A stretch of DNA of 63,441 nucleotides, counting the filler, from Octopus bimaculoides (taxonomy: Eukaryota), in NCBI RefSeq assembly GCF_001194135.2. It is 5 parts of 5 records of this genome, joined end to end, with 100 filler letters (N's around TTAATTAATTAA, not from the genome) between each part and the next. Parts side by side here need not be neighbours in the genome. Positions count along the whole stretch, not along the records: positions 37,265 to 45,687 come from NC_068981.1; positions 45,788 to 60,585 come from NC_068990.1; 3 more parts are not named here. One strand, written 5' to 3'. This document shows positions 37,573-51,936 of this stretch, one piece after another. A program made the position numbers and the translations under genes. Numbering within the stretch: the first letter of the stretch is position 1; every line of letters begins with the position of its first letter. The notes under the pieces are model-generated. The model made no database searches. It saw only the letters and a list, made by a program, of their open reading frames with translations, and was not told where the DNA came from.

Positions 37573-37574
<2 letters not shown>
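37459..37574. repeat. 116-bp loopless palindrome (5 mismatches in 58 bp)
   Basis: Symmetric about caac|gttg at 37516/37517. One arm recurs singly at ~57735-57775. Confidence 0.9.
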
Positions 37575-37605
<31 letters not shown>

Positions 37606-39100
37606 ATATATATATATATATATATAACCAGTGTCTTTTATAGTGATATTAAACAATGCCACATATACATAGATATAACTTGGGAAAATAATTAAAACCC
37701 TAGGTATTATATTAGAATAGTAGAATTTAAAGATATTAATTTCATTATGTTGTTACACCAGTTCGAGTTGTTACCATTCAACACGATTAAGATTTTCAGT
37801 CCCTATCGAAAACCGCTCACGTAGAATCATGAGTAACAATGGTACACGTATATTTCAGTACATCTTTAAATAATATACATAAGAGAGATAGGAAGGCGAG
37901 AGCAAGAAAGAGAAAGAAAAATTGATGTTGATAGTGCGAATAAGCTATGAGCTATTTTAAATTTTACTGTAGCTGGTTACTGACAATACTGTAGATAACA
38001 TCAGATCAATTCATCTACGTAGCATTGTTTGATTTCATTAGTTTTAAGTGTAGCAAGAGCTACATTGAAGCTGGAATTCCTCATTACAATTTCACATGTT
38101 TCTTGAAATTTATAAACAACATCTATATTTGATTCAATGGTAAATGTAAGGTTTTTCAAAGAAAATTTATTTTAAAGCAAAAGTGAGGTATATTACAAAT
38201 TGATTTTGAAGCATTGGAGATTAAACGTTTCCACAGTGATCAGACTTCTTGTCGCAGTATCATTTCTTTGTTAAGGTCATCATATTCGATGTAGAATAAT
38301 GCTAGAAATGTAGAACAGAAAAGAACAAAAACCGATATCTTCGGGGCTGCAACATTGGATAGAAAGTGTTCCCTTTATCGCCTGAAATTAACACCTTACT
38401 TTCACTGTAAAATCAATTACAATCTCCGTCGGTAATCTCTATGAGTCCCGGCGATCAGCGTGCGGCCAGGCTGGGACATCACTTTTACGGGATTTAATTG
38501 ATAATATCAATGAATTTTGTGATATTCACTTCATATCTCTCTTCAAATAGAAAATCAAAGAGGAAATTGGCTTGACAGGAACCAACTCGGTCGAATATGA
38601 ATGCCGTAGGGTATTGTTGTTCCAAGGAACCAGATTATATGTGCGTATGTTTGTAAGACGCTCACGTACATATTCATGCATTCATGTGCGTGTGTGTATG
38701 TGTTTGTGTGTGTTTGTGAGTGCGCGTGTCCGTATATATATAAGGACAGGGTGTTGGATTAATCATCGTAAGTCGTAGATTTGTTTCCTCTTCCCGGCAG
38801 CAAGTTCTCTCCTTGATCGGGGGAATTTATTGCAACTCTGTGGAGCCACCTCAGCTGTAAAATATACCAGCCAACTGGTGGCGTAGCTTTGTAGTTCTCT
38901 CACTACAGATGTTAAATATTTGATGTCCCACTTTGGCTGTGATGAGTAAGTTGTGAGATGAGGGCTACATCTATACGTGACTACAGAGACACCAAAAATA
39001 ACTTTTGGAACCGTGGCACACGCTACCATGTCACATACCTGTGAGTAATGGTTAAAGGGATTGTCATTAATACGTTTGTTTCGTAATCACGTGAGATTGG

Positions 39101-39500
39101 GAAGGCGGTGATCTGGCAGAAACGTTAGCACTCCGGGCGAAATTCTTAGCGGTACTTCGTCTGCCGTTATGTTCTGAGTTCAAATTCCGCCAGGGTCGAC
39201 TTTGCCTTTCATCTTTTTGGGGTCGATAAATAAAGTGCCAGTTGTGCACTGGGGTCGATGTAATCGACTTAATCCGTTTGTCTGTCCTTGTTTGTCCCCT
39301 CTATGTTTAGCTCCTTGTGGACAATAAAGAAATAAGAAACTTTAGCACGCCGGGCGAAATACTTAACGGTATTTCGTCTGTCTTTATGTTCTGAGTTCAA
39401 ATTCCGCCTTTCATCCTTTCGAGGTCGATAAATTAAGTACCAGTTGCCTAATGAAGTCGATCCAATCAACTGGCCCCCTCCCCACAAATTTTGGGCTTTG
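39101..39500 (+). mobile_element. Two tandem/nested tRNA-derived SINE copies (AAGGCGGTGA.CTGGCAGAA family)
   Basis: TTAGCAC.CCGGGCGAAAT...GAGTTCAAATTCCGCC occurs twice. Also at 46085-46262 (minus) and 46565-46750 (plus). Confidence 0.85.
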
Positions 39501-40707
39501 TGCATAGAATAGAAAAGAATGACGTGAGATTGGGTTCAAAAGAGATTATTTTCCGATATGAATAAGCGCAAACTATGTAATATCATCTCATTGTGTTACG
39601 CTAACTCCTGCTGAAAATTACTTTACAGATGTATATAATATAATGCGCAGCTGCCATTTGCACTTCTCTTCACTCTTGTACTCAGTAACTTACGAGCTAA
39701 TTCCATAAACTTCGAAGTCCTGTTCATCGAGAAACTGAAATTTCATGAACGAAAACTTCGGTCGAAATCTAATATTTATGTAATTAACATTCAGAATTAA
39801 ATTAATCCAATGTGGAACTTCGCTGGTAACGAGTAAATAAATCAAATGAGGTTCGAATAAAATATGAATGCAATACAAATAAAATTTGCATCAACTCAGG
39901 CTCTTTGTCAGAAAAGAGTTGAGGAAAGATATTAGATCTGCCATCAAACACCCTGTGACAGTAGTTCTCAACGGAGGCCTATATGGTTAAGATTTGCTTA
40001 CCAATCATTAAACCCACCCCATAATATCTCTGACCACATCCACTTCAACTCCACCCACAATTTCCCCCATTCTACTCTCTGCTCCCTTTTACTTATTCCC
40101 TCATCGCCGTTTTAGTGCTGCCCGTTATCACTCTCTCTCCCCAGAACGAATTATGTTGGCATCTACACTATATTCCTAACGTCTTTCTTCCGCTCATTTT
40201 CTCGAATCCCATTACCTATGGCAGCTCACAATTTATAACTTTCACCCTTACCCCTATTTCAAATCTCTCCTCGTATCACCCTACTCTATTGCAACCATTT
40301 AAACATACAACATTTCTAATCTTATATTTCTTCTCTTTTAATATCTTTCTCTGGTACCTCGTCACCACCATATCTATCAGCTGCTTCATCTAATATAATC
40401 TATCGATATATAATGCAATGTAGCCGTGGTCTTCTCTACAACAAAAAAATTGTTCCTGTCCATTATATTCAACTTTAAATTCTAACCTCCTCATATAAAA
40501 TACCTTCCTCTTTATTATACTCTATGTAAGACCTTTATTTCCGAGAGTTATCATGCGAATTCACGTGTGTCGATGATAGGAAATAGAGCTCAGTACACTC
40601 TCTAATGTGGGTGGCGTCAACAACGACCTCTGTCTGTAGAAACCATGTCAAAACTCAAACGGAGTCAAATCGTCTGTTACATGTCTACGGAAAACGGACC
40701 TGGGCTG

Positions 40708-40794
<87 letters not shown>

Positions 40795-43700
40795 AGGTGC
40801 GAGAGGTTATGTAAATGATGTATCCGGGTGGAGTAAGTGTGTGTGTGTGTGTGTGTGAATGAGAGACTTAATCTAATGATTCGGTAAATATGTTTTATTT
40901 ATAATGAAGCCCTTCATGGTACCAATATTTCTAGTCTAGAGACATTATTTAGAGACTAACCCACAATGAAATTCCCTAAACTGAAAAGGTTGGCACCAAC
41001 GTAAAACCTTAGGTGTAACACTGTATACATAAGTGTGTGTACGCTTGTTTAAGGACTTGGGGAACTGCAGGTTTACGAAGTCCTAACGGCATTCTTGTTC
41101 AAATATCTTTGCAGTAGTACTTATTTGGCCAGAGCAAACTGATTAGAATACATGTGTGTGAGAGAGAGAAATAGATCGTTCAATCGTTTATTTTCTATCA
41201 CATCATATTCAGTAATGGGAATATATTGGTAACCAGAAATTTCAAATCAATAATAACAATAGAAGCATTTTGTCTGTGGAATAATTTGAATTTAAAACAA
41301 ATCGCCCGTTGACATGAATGCAATCATTGTTTGAAGATAACACCAAATATGTACAGTGTGCTGCCTGTCGACCAATGTAATTTATTCTGGTTATGTGCAA
41401 TGTGTATTTCTATACTAATATTTCAACTGCATATCTCTGAAGCATATAGTATTGATTTATTTTGCTTGGGCACAATGCATTCTGTAGAGATTGGATGACG
41501 TAGTGCTATGACCTTAGTTCATTGTATTAAATATACTTGCTTTCGGTACCCTAGGAGAATGAAAGACAAACACTCTTTTGTCTTCATCCGATCACAGATC
41601 AAAGAGGTACCAAAATGAGCAGTATAAATCACGGAAACTGGCTCTCGAGTCTCAGCCATTCCCCATTTTATTAAAGTCTTTTACAAAATCGTTCACACTA
41701 TATTCTAGTTGATACAGTGCACGAAACAGATGAACAAAAGTCATAAAAGCACCACCCCCGCCACACACACACATACTTGGTTTCAATTTTTTGTTTGAAC
41801 ACTAATTTCTATAAATTATTTACAAATGATAACATTTTTTGTTCAATCGACTATAATATATGCTACTATACTATACATGCTTTTTTTTCTTTTCTTCCTA
41901 TAAAGGAAAAATCTCTCTTTGTTGAGTACTGACGTCTTTGTATGGCATACGAAACAATGCACCACTTCGAATATTTCTTTGGTTTATAGGTTACGGATTA
42001 GTGAAATGGTTAAATTATTAGCGCGTCCGATGTTCTTGGGGTATTTGCTCTGGGTCTCGGCGTTTGGAATATAAATCCTAATGATGCCATTTACTTCATC
42101 ATTTTGGAGTTGAGAAAACTATCATCATTTCAGAGCGATGCCTAGGTGAAACTGCTCGACTGTAGGATGGAAACACTTCAAACTATATTGATGCTTAGCT
42201 CCACCGGCTACTAATTTCCCGCTCTACATCTATAACATAGAGAAGAGAGAACCCATAGGTGAACCACGACAAATGGTTTATTAAATACAAGAATCTAAGA
42301 CATAGCATTAACATTACTCGACGTAAACTACTTTGAAATATCAGAGTCTTACTAAAATTTATTTCAACCTTTAAAAAGTTCACTCCACATTGCGCTGTTA
42401 TCGACTTTACCTATCATCACAAACTTATCGATAAATTAATTCACATACCTGCCCATTATTCATCTCTATAACAAGTTTTTGGCCCTGCACTTGTGAGTGA
42501 TAAATCAATAGAAAATCTATTAACATTAATCACGATTTTAAATCTTGATGAGCTAAGGTGTAGATACGGAAATTTTCATATTATAATTATGTTGGACTTC
42601 TTATATCTCGTTCAAAGAAGCAGTATTAGTTTTCAATAAATAATTTTCGTTTTGTTTTTATTGTTGCTTCTCTGACTTCTCACTGTTTATACCATTAGTC
42701 CATATGATATAGAACATGCATTCTCAAAGACATGCGATTTAAATTATGGTTAAACACATAATTACAGTGATCCAATTTGAAGGAATTCTTCACATTTTTA
42801 CGTTAATTCCAATAAATTCCTTTGGTGTTGCATAATAAACTTACATTAGGAAGCCAATAATATCGAATGTCATTACATGTCTAGAAATACAAATATATTT
42901 CTTACTGACTGTGAATTTGTGAATGTCTGCTTGTTTTATATATTTTTCGTTTTCCTACATCAATCAATATTATAGTAGATTGTTGATATAGATTACTAAC
43001 TAGATATTCAACAAGCACGGAGAGTTTAACATCAGCTTATATACAGGTGTGAGGACAATGATTGTACGTACATAGCCATTTAAAAATGTCACTCAGTTTT
43101 TCGTATGCAGATGGTAGAATAATCAATCGAGAGAATCCTTACCAAATTATGGAATCACTGTCTTAATTGGATGAGGTTTTCACGATGTGAAATCAGAATG
43201 GATTAAATCAAATATTTAACGTTTCATATTAGCAATATTGGAAACATCTCCCGAAACATGATTTTCCTGTAGCCATCAACTCTCACTTGACCGAAAAGAA
43301 TGATAACCGCGTCGGTTTCTCTGGTCTTAGATGGCTTGGTGACGGCCGATGGTGTGGATCTTTTCCACAGAGTATCCGAAATATAAAATGAAATTATGGC
43401 ATTTACTTAACTAGTCGCATTACATTGCCGCTCCGATATTTCCTGGAATTAAATTCTTAATCGATCCCTGTTTATGTCATGGGTAGGTATAGATAAGTAC
43501 GAATAAGAAAAAAACCTTGCTCTAGAAGGAGGGATATCTTGTGTAGATAACTTATTTCTCCGTGGGAGAAATGAATAACGAAAGTTATGTAAATAAACGG
43601 TACTGCTATTGTTTCAAGCTGTGAATTATACATATTCTCATGTGTTACACTACATAAGTATTATACTTCATATTTATAAGGGTTCAGAGATCATAGTAAT

Positions 43701-44840
43701 AAGAGTTATGTGATCTAACCATATTTACCAATATGACTAGGAACACGTTGCTTCTTCACCTCTATGGTGGTGGGGCGACTTTCAAAGAAAAGAAACCGAA
43801 TCTATTTCACTAATAATCTTATCAACACAAAAGAAATATTGTTACACAAATACAGTCCAGAATCCATCCGGTAAGTTTAAAATTTGTCACTAAGTCGAAC
43901 CATCAGATATTGCCGAGTGTTTGAATAAAAACGGCATTCAAAAATATTAGATAGAAGCTGGAAAAGTTTACGTCAGATATTCGAACACTTATAAACTCAA
44001 ACGTTCTAATAGTCCAGTTCATTTGTTCGTCGAACTGGGGATCTTTGAATTAAAAAAATCGTGTGAAAATGGTTTTATTTTTGGATGATATAATATTGAG
44101 ATTTCCGGAAACGACACTTTAATGGTGATGTTTTGGGAAAGGTTGTTTGATTGTGTTACTTCTCAAAACTACATAACCGCACATATTAACACGCCCGCAT
44201 AGAAAACGTATATGTTATCTACGGAAACTGTTCTATATCCTTTAGAACCAATATGCATACAGGCTTAAAAGAAAACAAATCCAAATCGGTGTCAACTTCT
44301 TGGAACATTTCTTGGGCGCGCGGGCGTGCAAACTGGAAGAAAATTACTCGATACATGCTGTATTGGTTATCATTTAGTTGAAACTGTGGGCTTATTCTCA
44401 GTCGACACTTATTTTATTATTGTGTAATGATAGAAAATATTCGTTCACACCACTCCCACCTACCCATGAGCGCGCACACACACGTATATATATATGTATA
44501 TATATTTGGAAGACACAAAGTGGAATTAAAGGGATTCTTTAAAACTATTACAATAGTATTGTCGTATTCTCGCACCAGTGGTTCATAGATGAGGTGTTGT
44601 GCAGCCAATTATCTTAAAACACAGGTGAAGACTTCACTACCTCAGGTAACTGTTTAAACAAGTTCCTCGTTATATGCTCTCGAAATTTCGCTCTGTTTGA
44701 TAATGTAAATCTAGATTGATGTGGCCTTCTTGCAGTTCACATACAGAACTAATCATAGATTCAGAGAATGATGATGTACACTTTCAATAAAAACAATAAA
44801 GAAGTGTTCAGATAAAAAATACAAAGGTAAAACGTTGTTG

Positions 44841-45223
44841 TTGGCCCTCCGTCGCTTACGATTACAAGAATTCCAGTTGATCCGATCAACGGAACAGCCT
44901 GCTTGTAAAATTAACGTATAAGTGGCTGAGCACTCCACAGACAGGTGTACCCATAACGTAGCTCTCGGGGATATTGAACGTGACACAGTGTGTGACAAGG
45001 TTGGCCCTTTGAATAACAGGCACACAAGAAACAGGAAGTACGAGTGAGGGAAATTTGTGATGAAAGAGTACAGCAGGGTTTGCCACCATCCCCTCCCGGA
45101 GACTCGTAGAGCTTTAGGTGTTTTCGCTCAATAAACACTGACAACGCCCGCTCTGGAAATAATCGAAACTGCGATCCTATGACTGCGAGTCCGCTGCCCT
45201 AACCACTGGGCCATTGGCCCTCC
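44841..45223 (-). mobile_element. tRNA-derived SINE (GGAGGCGCAATGGCCCAGTGG family)
   Basis: Aligns with 8234-8597 and 51578-51936. Confidence 0.9.
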
Positions 45224-47595
45224 ACAGATAAAAAGTAGATACATGAAAACACAGTGAAGATATAAATGATAATATAAAGAATGCTAGAAGCGTTTGTTTG
45301 CTTATAAATGGTGAAAGATATAGCGAGGAACGTATTTAAACATTCACCTAAGGACTAGCATTCTAAATTTGTGATGTCAGATAATTGACTGCACATGTGA
45401 CTTATGGAGTACAGGTGCGAGAATTCGTTGACACAGTTGGAGTGGTTTTTTGAATAAAGAAGCTCACTGTTCCATCTTTTGCCTTTCATATATTTATATA
45501 ATATATGTTTATATAACCTCTACGGACACTATGGAATTCATGTAGTATATGCAGTAGCATGTGCATATCTACTGCATGATGCCATCAGGTAGCCAATAAC
45601 GGTGACGAGCTTTGCACTGCATCCTACAAGGTTTTTACCCAAATCTCTTAAATCTGTGTGTGCGTGTATATATATATATATATATATNNNNNNNNNNNNN
45701 NNNNNNNNNNNNNNNNNNNNNNNNNNNNNNNTTAATTAATTAANNNNNNNNNNNNNNNNNNNNNNNNNNNNNNNNNNNNNNNNNNNNATATATATATATA
45801 TATATATATACATACATGCATAATACATGTATACATACATACACGCACAGGTGCATAGTACGATTTAAATTTAAATGAAATTGCATAATATATACCAACT
45901 ATTAGATCTCTTTCATCTTTATATATCGATGGGGATTACTGCGAGGAGAACTCGTGTTTTACAAACCCAAATTCCTTTCACTGTTCTTCTCAATAAGAAA
46001 AGTCACAGTCTATATAGAAGAAACAAAATTGGAAATCGGTTCATGAATTATTGAATTATATCATCATACAGATATTTTATAAATAATGGTTTCAAATTTT
46101 GGCACATGGTCAGTAATTTCGGGGGAGGGGTAAGTTGATTACATCAATCCCAGGTTTCAACTAGTACTTATTTTATCGACCCCGAAATGATGAAAGCCAA
46201 AGTCGACGTCGGCGGAATTTGAACTCAGAACGTAAATACTGATGAAATGCCGCTAAGCTCTTCGCTTTTGTGGTATTTCATTAACAATAATATCCTTTAT
46301 ATGAGGAAAAGCTTATAAACGCATTTCATTATCAAATCTTTAGAAATTGGATAGGGCATCATACAACGGTCTGGTATTAACAAACGTTAATTATGCTTCT
46401 TGATACCATAACACTAGTTATTTTTGCAGACACCATAACACTTTCTAATGTCATTATAGTTTTTAAAGATCATTTACGATTATTAAGCAATCTCTGGTAA
46501 TTTGTTAATAAAATCTGTTTACAAATCCTTTCCCTATGATGATATTACTGTCAATGAAACACATAAGGCGGTGAGCTGGCAGAATTGTTAAGGCGTTGCT
46601 TTTACGTTGTAAGTTCCAATTCACCGAGGTCGACTTAGCCTTTCATTCTTTCAGGAATGATAAAATAAGTTCCTGCTGAGCACTGGGTCGAGGTCCTTGA
46701 CTAAATCTCCCTCTTAAAAATTGCTGGCCTTGTACCAAAATTAGAAGCCATTAAAAATGAAATACGAGTAAGGTGACAATTTATGAACCGATTCGCTAGT
46801 ATTCTTTTACATACACATTTGATTTTTGTTTCAACGAGATCAAACTTTTTATTATTTTAGCTGTATTTATATTTAACATTTTTTAACAGCTTAATTTATT
46901 TTAGTAACTTTATTACAGTTTTTTCAATGGTATCAGATGGATTAGGTTGGATTATATATATTTTGATACCACTTATAAATCCTTTTCACATTACTTTCTT
47001 ACATTTCCAACTCCTTTACTTTTCTTTATATATTGATTCACATTGATTATGTTTAGTGAAATATGAATTCTATATCAACTATTTCACTGGCTAAATTTGC
47101 GAGTTCTTTAGTCATTATATTGCTTGAGGTACAAGGAATATAATACCGCTTATAAAGAAAATTAAAACTTTCTAGAAACCATATGCTATCAAACGAAAAG
47201 CTGCTGCCAAACTCAAATAAAAGAATAAGCTCTTGATGAAGAATATAGAGATAGACATAGCAAGTATCCGTCAAGCGAGATCAAAATGAATCACATTTCA
47301 ATATAGATATTATCGTTAAAGAAGTATTTTACAAGTAACAATACACACTGAAGTCGGTAAAAATTTATATAATAGATATAAATGTGTGTATCTCGGACAA
47401 AGAAATAAACTCATAGCCATGTCTACTATTTAGATCATTGTGAATCCATGTCTTTCTCCACAGCTGAAAAAGATCACATATGCAATCATATACTCAACGG
47501 GAAAATGTATTCAGTATTGATTTACTTAATATTTTATAATCGCATATCTTAATAAGAAAAGTTTAATCAAGAACCACTGCTTTACATGTCTATAT

Positions 47596-47646
<51 letters not shown>

Positions 47647-49439
47647 TGTGTGTGTGTATATTTGTACATACATACATATATACATACACACGTATATACA
47701 TATCGATGTTAATTTCTAAATGCATATTTTTGTCATTGTTAATCATTACAAAAGATTGGAAACCGAGAAATTGAGTGAGAGAATATCACTATTGTAGCTA
47801 TTGTTCTCTGTATTGTTGCTGATGTTGTTGCTGCAGTTATTACTGTTGTTGCTGACTGCTGCTGCTTTACAGTCTATTGTTATTATGCAATAGAAAATTA
47901 CCTCTAAGTTTTCCATGGATCCAAACCTTCAGACACTCAATTTCTTTATGTGTGTCTACAAGCACACTCACATGCGCAGACACACTCTCTCAATGAACAT
48001 TTTACTCCTTCAGCTCTATACTCTCATCTTCACCATAATCATTTTCTTATCTCTGCCTATCAGTTTCATTTTTCCTTTTTCTCATTCTGTTTTTCCTGAT
48101 CTGACTGTCTCCCAGACATTTGAAAGCTTCCAGATATTATCATTCTTTTCTTTCTTATTCCTGTCTTCTCAGTTTGACTACCTCTCCGTCATCTATTCTC
48201 TGAGATATTTTGAACTTTACATATCTTCTGTGCTTCCTTTTCTCTCATTCATATATTCTTTTTCCTTTTTTCCTCTCCTGTTTTCACATTTTGCACTCTT
48301 CTCAATTTGTTTGTTTTAACAATTCACTTAAAATATGCCCGGTTACTTATGCATATGTACAATCATACGAAAACGCTCATAAACACATACTACAAATACA
48401 CTCACTCAAACACATGAACACACGGACATGCACATTAATTTATTTCAGATAACAAAACCAGTTACGGGAATCGAAACAGCCATCATGTTTTTCTTAACGA
48501 GTAAGCGTACTTATACATAACCAGGTACACGCGCGCGTGCAGGTATAAACATACGTATACGTATGTATGTATGTACGTACGTGTGTATATATACATACAT
48601 AGACATGGACATACATACACAAATACACACACACATAGTCAGAATTTAGAACAAAGTGGTGATTACTGAGATGATGGTATCTTAGGGAGGTAATACGATT
48701 TGGCATAAGAAAAAAGTCAAAGTCATAAGAGGATTTCAGAATCCTATATGACAATGTCAGTAGTGTATGGTGCTGCCCGTGCAGCTGGGTTTGTGGCTAA
48801 CTGCACTTAGTCCTATCCAACTGGAATCAGACTAAGGAGGGACAGCTAAGCAGTGATTCTTGAGCTGGAAAGGGGAGTAGAACATTCTTTCTCACGGATA
48901 TAGCAAAGGTATCTTAGAGAAATATCAGAGCTGATATCAAAGCAAAATCATTAGCGACTAAATCTGCGTGGAAGGATGTTGTGGGAGAAAGAATATTACA
49001 GTGGAGAGGGTAAAAATGAACCCAGACTTTTCCTCCAGCATCAATGCTGCTTGGCACAGCTATGAGGTGCAATACTCTCAGGTGCTGAAATCGTTATGAT
49101 CTCCAATTGGCAGCAGCAGCAGCAGCAGTAGTAGTAGTAAACTGTCTCCAGTTCACCCTTAGATACGGTGTAGTACCTGCAATCCCATCCCGAGATCATG
49201 AAGCACGAAGTTGGCGTCCGGCGTTGTTAAGTCTCTCTCACAGAGGAGGGTGGAGCCTCGTTAGTCTTGGTCGGCAACCCCTATAGAGATGGTGTCTCAA
49301 TAAAAATCATGACTCATCACTTCATCACCATAACACTAATCTATTGAACAACGGCGTAATTAAGGTTCGAATAGATAACAGTGGCAGATATCTTACTGCA
49401 CAGCAGGGTAGGTCAAGCCCTCATTTAGCTACTACAGTA

Positions 49440-50340
49440 GAAAAGAAAGGGAGAGAGATTGATTGAAGTAGACTGAACGCAACTGTGATGGAATGTTACA
49501 TCTGAAGTGAACCTAGAAGATTTGTCTTTCAGGACAGAATAAAAAACATATATAGTTGGAAAAGGGAACGTTTGATGTAACCCGGTAGAGATTAAGTACT
49601 CAGGTAAGAGAGATAAAAAAGAAAGGGTGGTTAACAAATGGAAAAATGAAGAAAAAAAAAATCAAATTGCGTGATCTACTAGATGGATAATAGCATCGTG
49701 GGCTGACAGCAGAGATACAGAAATTCAGATACCACATTTCGGGAAGCCGCTAATTGTACACGAGAAATCAAAACATAACTTTTCCGATGAAGAGATAGTC
49801 ATTGCTGGTAGACTGCATGATATTAATCAGCTAGAAGAACGAGAAAGATACCATCAATTAAAAAAGATAAAAAAGAGCAAAATGATTTAAGTCTTCGACA
49901 ATATCAGTAGCAATGATATCATCACAACCAACCACTTAATGTATGCTGCAGCACTGATAATAGTGGAAAGATTTGAGTGAAGATATCAAAACCTCAAAAG
50001 ACAGAAAGAGAACCATGGTGGAAAAGGTGATAGCAGGGACAGGTAGACCAGTTATGAAAAGACTTTGCGAGGGGGTAAAATAAAAACTAGACGCCATGAA
50101 GCAATCCAAAGAAGGTATTGGCTTAAGCAAAAAGGGTATAGAAGAGTAATGGAAGATCTAAAACAAAAGATAAAGGCGAACAATTTAGACAAGTAAATTG
50201 TTCGAAACAGATCAAAGTAAATTATAGAAGGAACGAAATGGAGATGTTACGGTGAACGTACCACCTAATAAGGAAGAGAAAAAAGAATTCTGGCGAGACA
50301 TTTGGAGCCAAGAAGGGAAACACAATGGTGATCACCAATA
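49440..50340 (+). mobile_element. R4/Dong-type non-LTR retrotransposon, decayed N-terminal region
   Basis: NATVMECYI*SEP, EPWWKR, PPNKEEKKEFWRDIWSQEGKHN. Confidence 0.75.
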
Positions 50341-50359
50341 TAGCACACGCGTAGTTACA

Positions 50360-50425
<66 letters not shown>

Positions 50426-51405
50426 ATTTTTTGTTTACAAATTAACTGACCGTTTTCTACCTCTAGTTTGAAGAGAGTTTATACGGCCACCTCCGTTAGA
50501 GTCTAACGTGTCGTCTATAAAGCTAATCGCTTTATGGATGTGCAACCAATGGTCACTCTATGACAAGTCATATATTTAACTGCAAGTAAATATATATATA
50601 TATATATATACATGCAATAACATACATGCATATGAGTATATAGAAGTATCTGTGCGTATATTTATGCTTGCATGCATATAGAAGACCATGAGATATCCCT
50701 TCACTCAACAGTGCTGCAGCACTACTACTTATGTCCACATAAAATGATCCTTTGTGGTTATACACAGCAGAGCTAAATTGGACAATACAGCACTTACACC
50801 TAGAAATAGCATTAACTTCCACTTCTTATATCAATATGCATGGAATCTGAAGAATAATGGAATTAGCATTTCTATAAGCTGTAATATTGCTGAAACTGCA
50901 TCATCAGAAAATGGATTAAAACCTGCGATATAATGCTTCTTTACATAAAGTAGAAAAAAGCCGATAGTCTGTGTATGTACAGACATAGAAAATATCTTGA
51001 GAAAAAAACTTCAATTGAAGACCGAGTAATCCCCTCATCGCCAACCATAAAAATCATTGGATAGAGGCACCTAAAAGCATATAACAATTCAACACACACT
51101 ACATGTATTGTGTGAATACTACTCTTCTGTTCATGCATACAAACGTATATATAAACGTATAATGATGTTTCGCTCACGATAATGTGTTGGACAACGGTAC
51201 GGGCAGCGCGTCGTGTCTTGAGCGAAGCATATCATTTCATCTAATCTAGTCAGATGAAGATAGATACCAGACGACTATTGGTGCGGCCCTCTCCTCCATT
51301 TCTTCAATATTCCGATAAGTCTAGAATGGAATGATCTGAAAAAATGTCTATGTCTACTCGACATTAGCGCCAAAGACAATTAGCAAAAGTGTGATAAAAG
51401 CTGCA

Positions 51406-51500
51406 TATATATGTGTGTGTGTATGTGTGTGTGTGTATGTGTGTGTGTGTATGTGTGTGTGTGTATGTGTGTGTGTGTATGTGTGTGTGTGTGTGTACGT
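51406..51500. repeat. Representative microsatellite (GT/GTAT mix); (AT)n, (CA)n, (GA)n, (GATA)n and (CTAT)n tracts occur throughout and border most N gaps
   Basis: Read directly, e.g. 4751-4862, 26940-27150, 37265-37377, 54820-55130, 55920-56000. Confidence 0.95.
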
Positions 51501-51577
51501 AAATATACACACACATATATATATAGATGCATACACGCATATATGTATATCTAAATATATCAATATCTATCTATCAT

Positions 51578-51936
51578 TGGAGGCGCAATGGCCCAGTGGT
51601 TAGGGCAGCGGACTCGCGGTTTCGATTCCCAGACCGGGCGTTGCGAGTGTTTATTGAGCGAAAACATCTAAAGCTCCACGAGGCTCCGGCAGGGGATGAT
51701 GGCGAACCCTGCTGTACTCTTTCACCACAACTTTCTCTCACTCTTACTTTCTGTTGTGCCTATAATTCAAAGAGTCAGCCTTGTCACACTGTGTCCTGCT
51801 GAATATCCCCTGAGAACTACGTTAAGGGTACACGTGTCTGTGGAGTGCTCAGCCACTTGCACGTTAATTTCACGAGCAGGCTGTTCCGTTGATCGGATCA
51901 ACTGGAACCCTCGTCGTTGTAACCGATGGAGTGCCA
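51578..51936 (+). mobile_element. tRNA-derived SINE (GGAGGCGCAATGGCCCAGTGG family)
   Basis: A box TGGCCCAGTGG and B box GTTTCGATTCCC. Aligns with the two minus copies. Confidence 0.9.

Noticed and set aside
47915-48319. Hydrophobic F/L/S-rich ORFs (also 32630, 40115, 54721)
   Set aside because: Translations of pyrimidine-rich low-complexity DNA.
50845-50910. CTGAAGA...ATATTGCTGAAACTGCATC possible hammerhead
   Set aside because: Stems I and II do not pair adequately.
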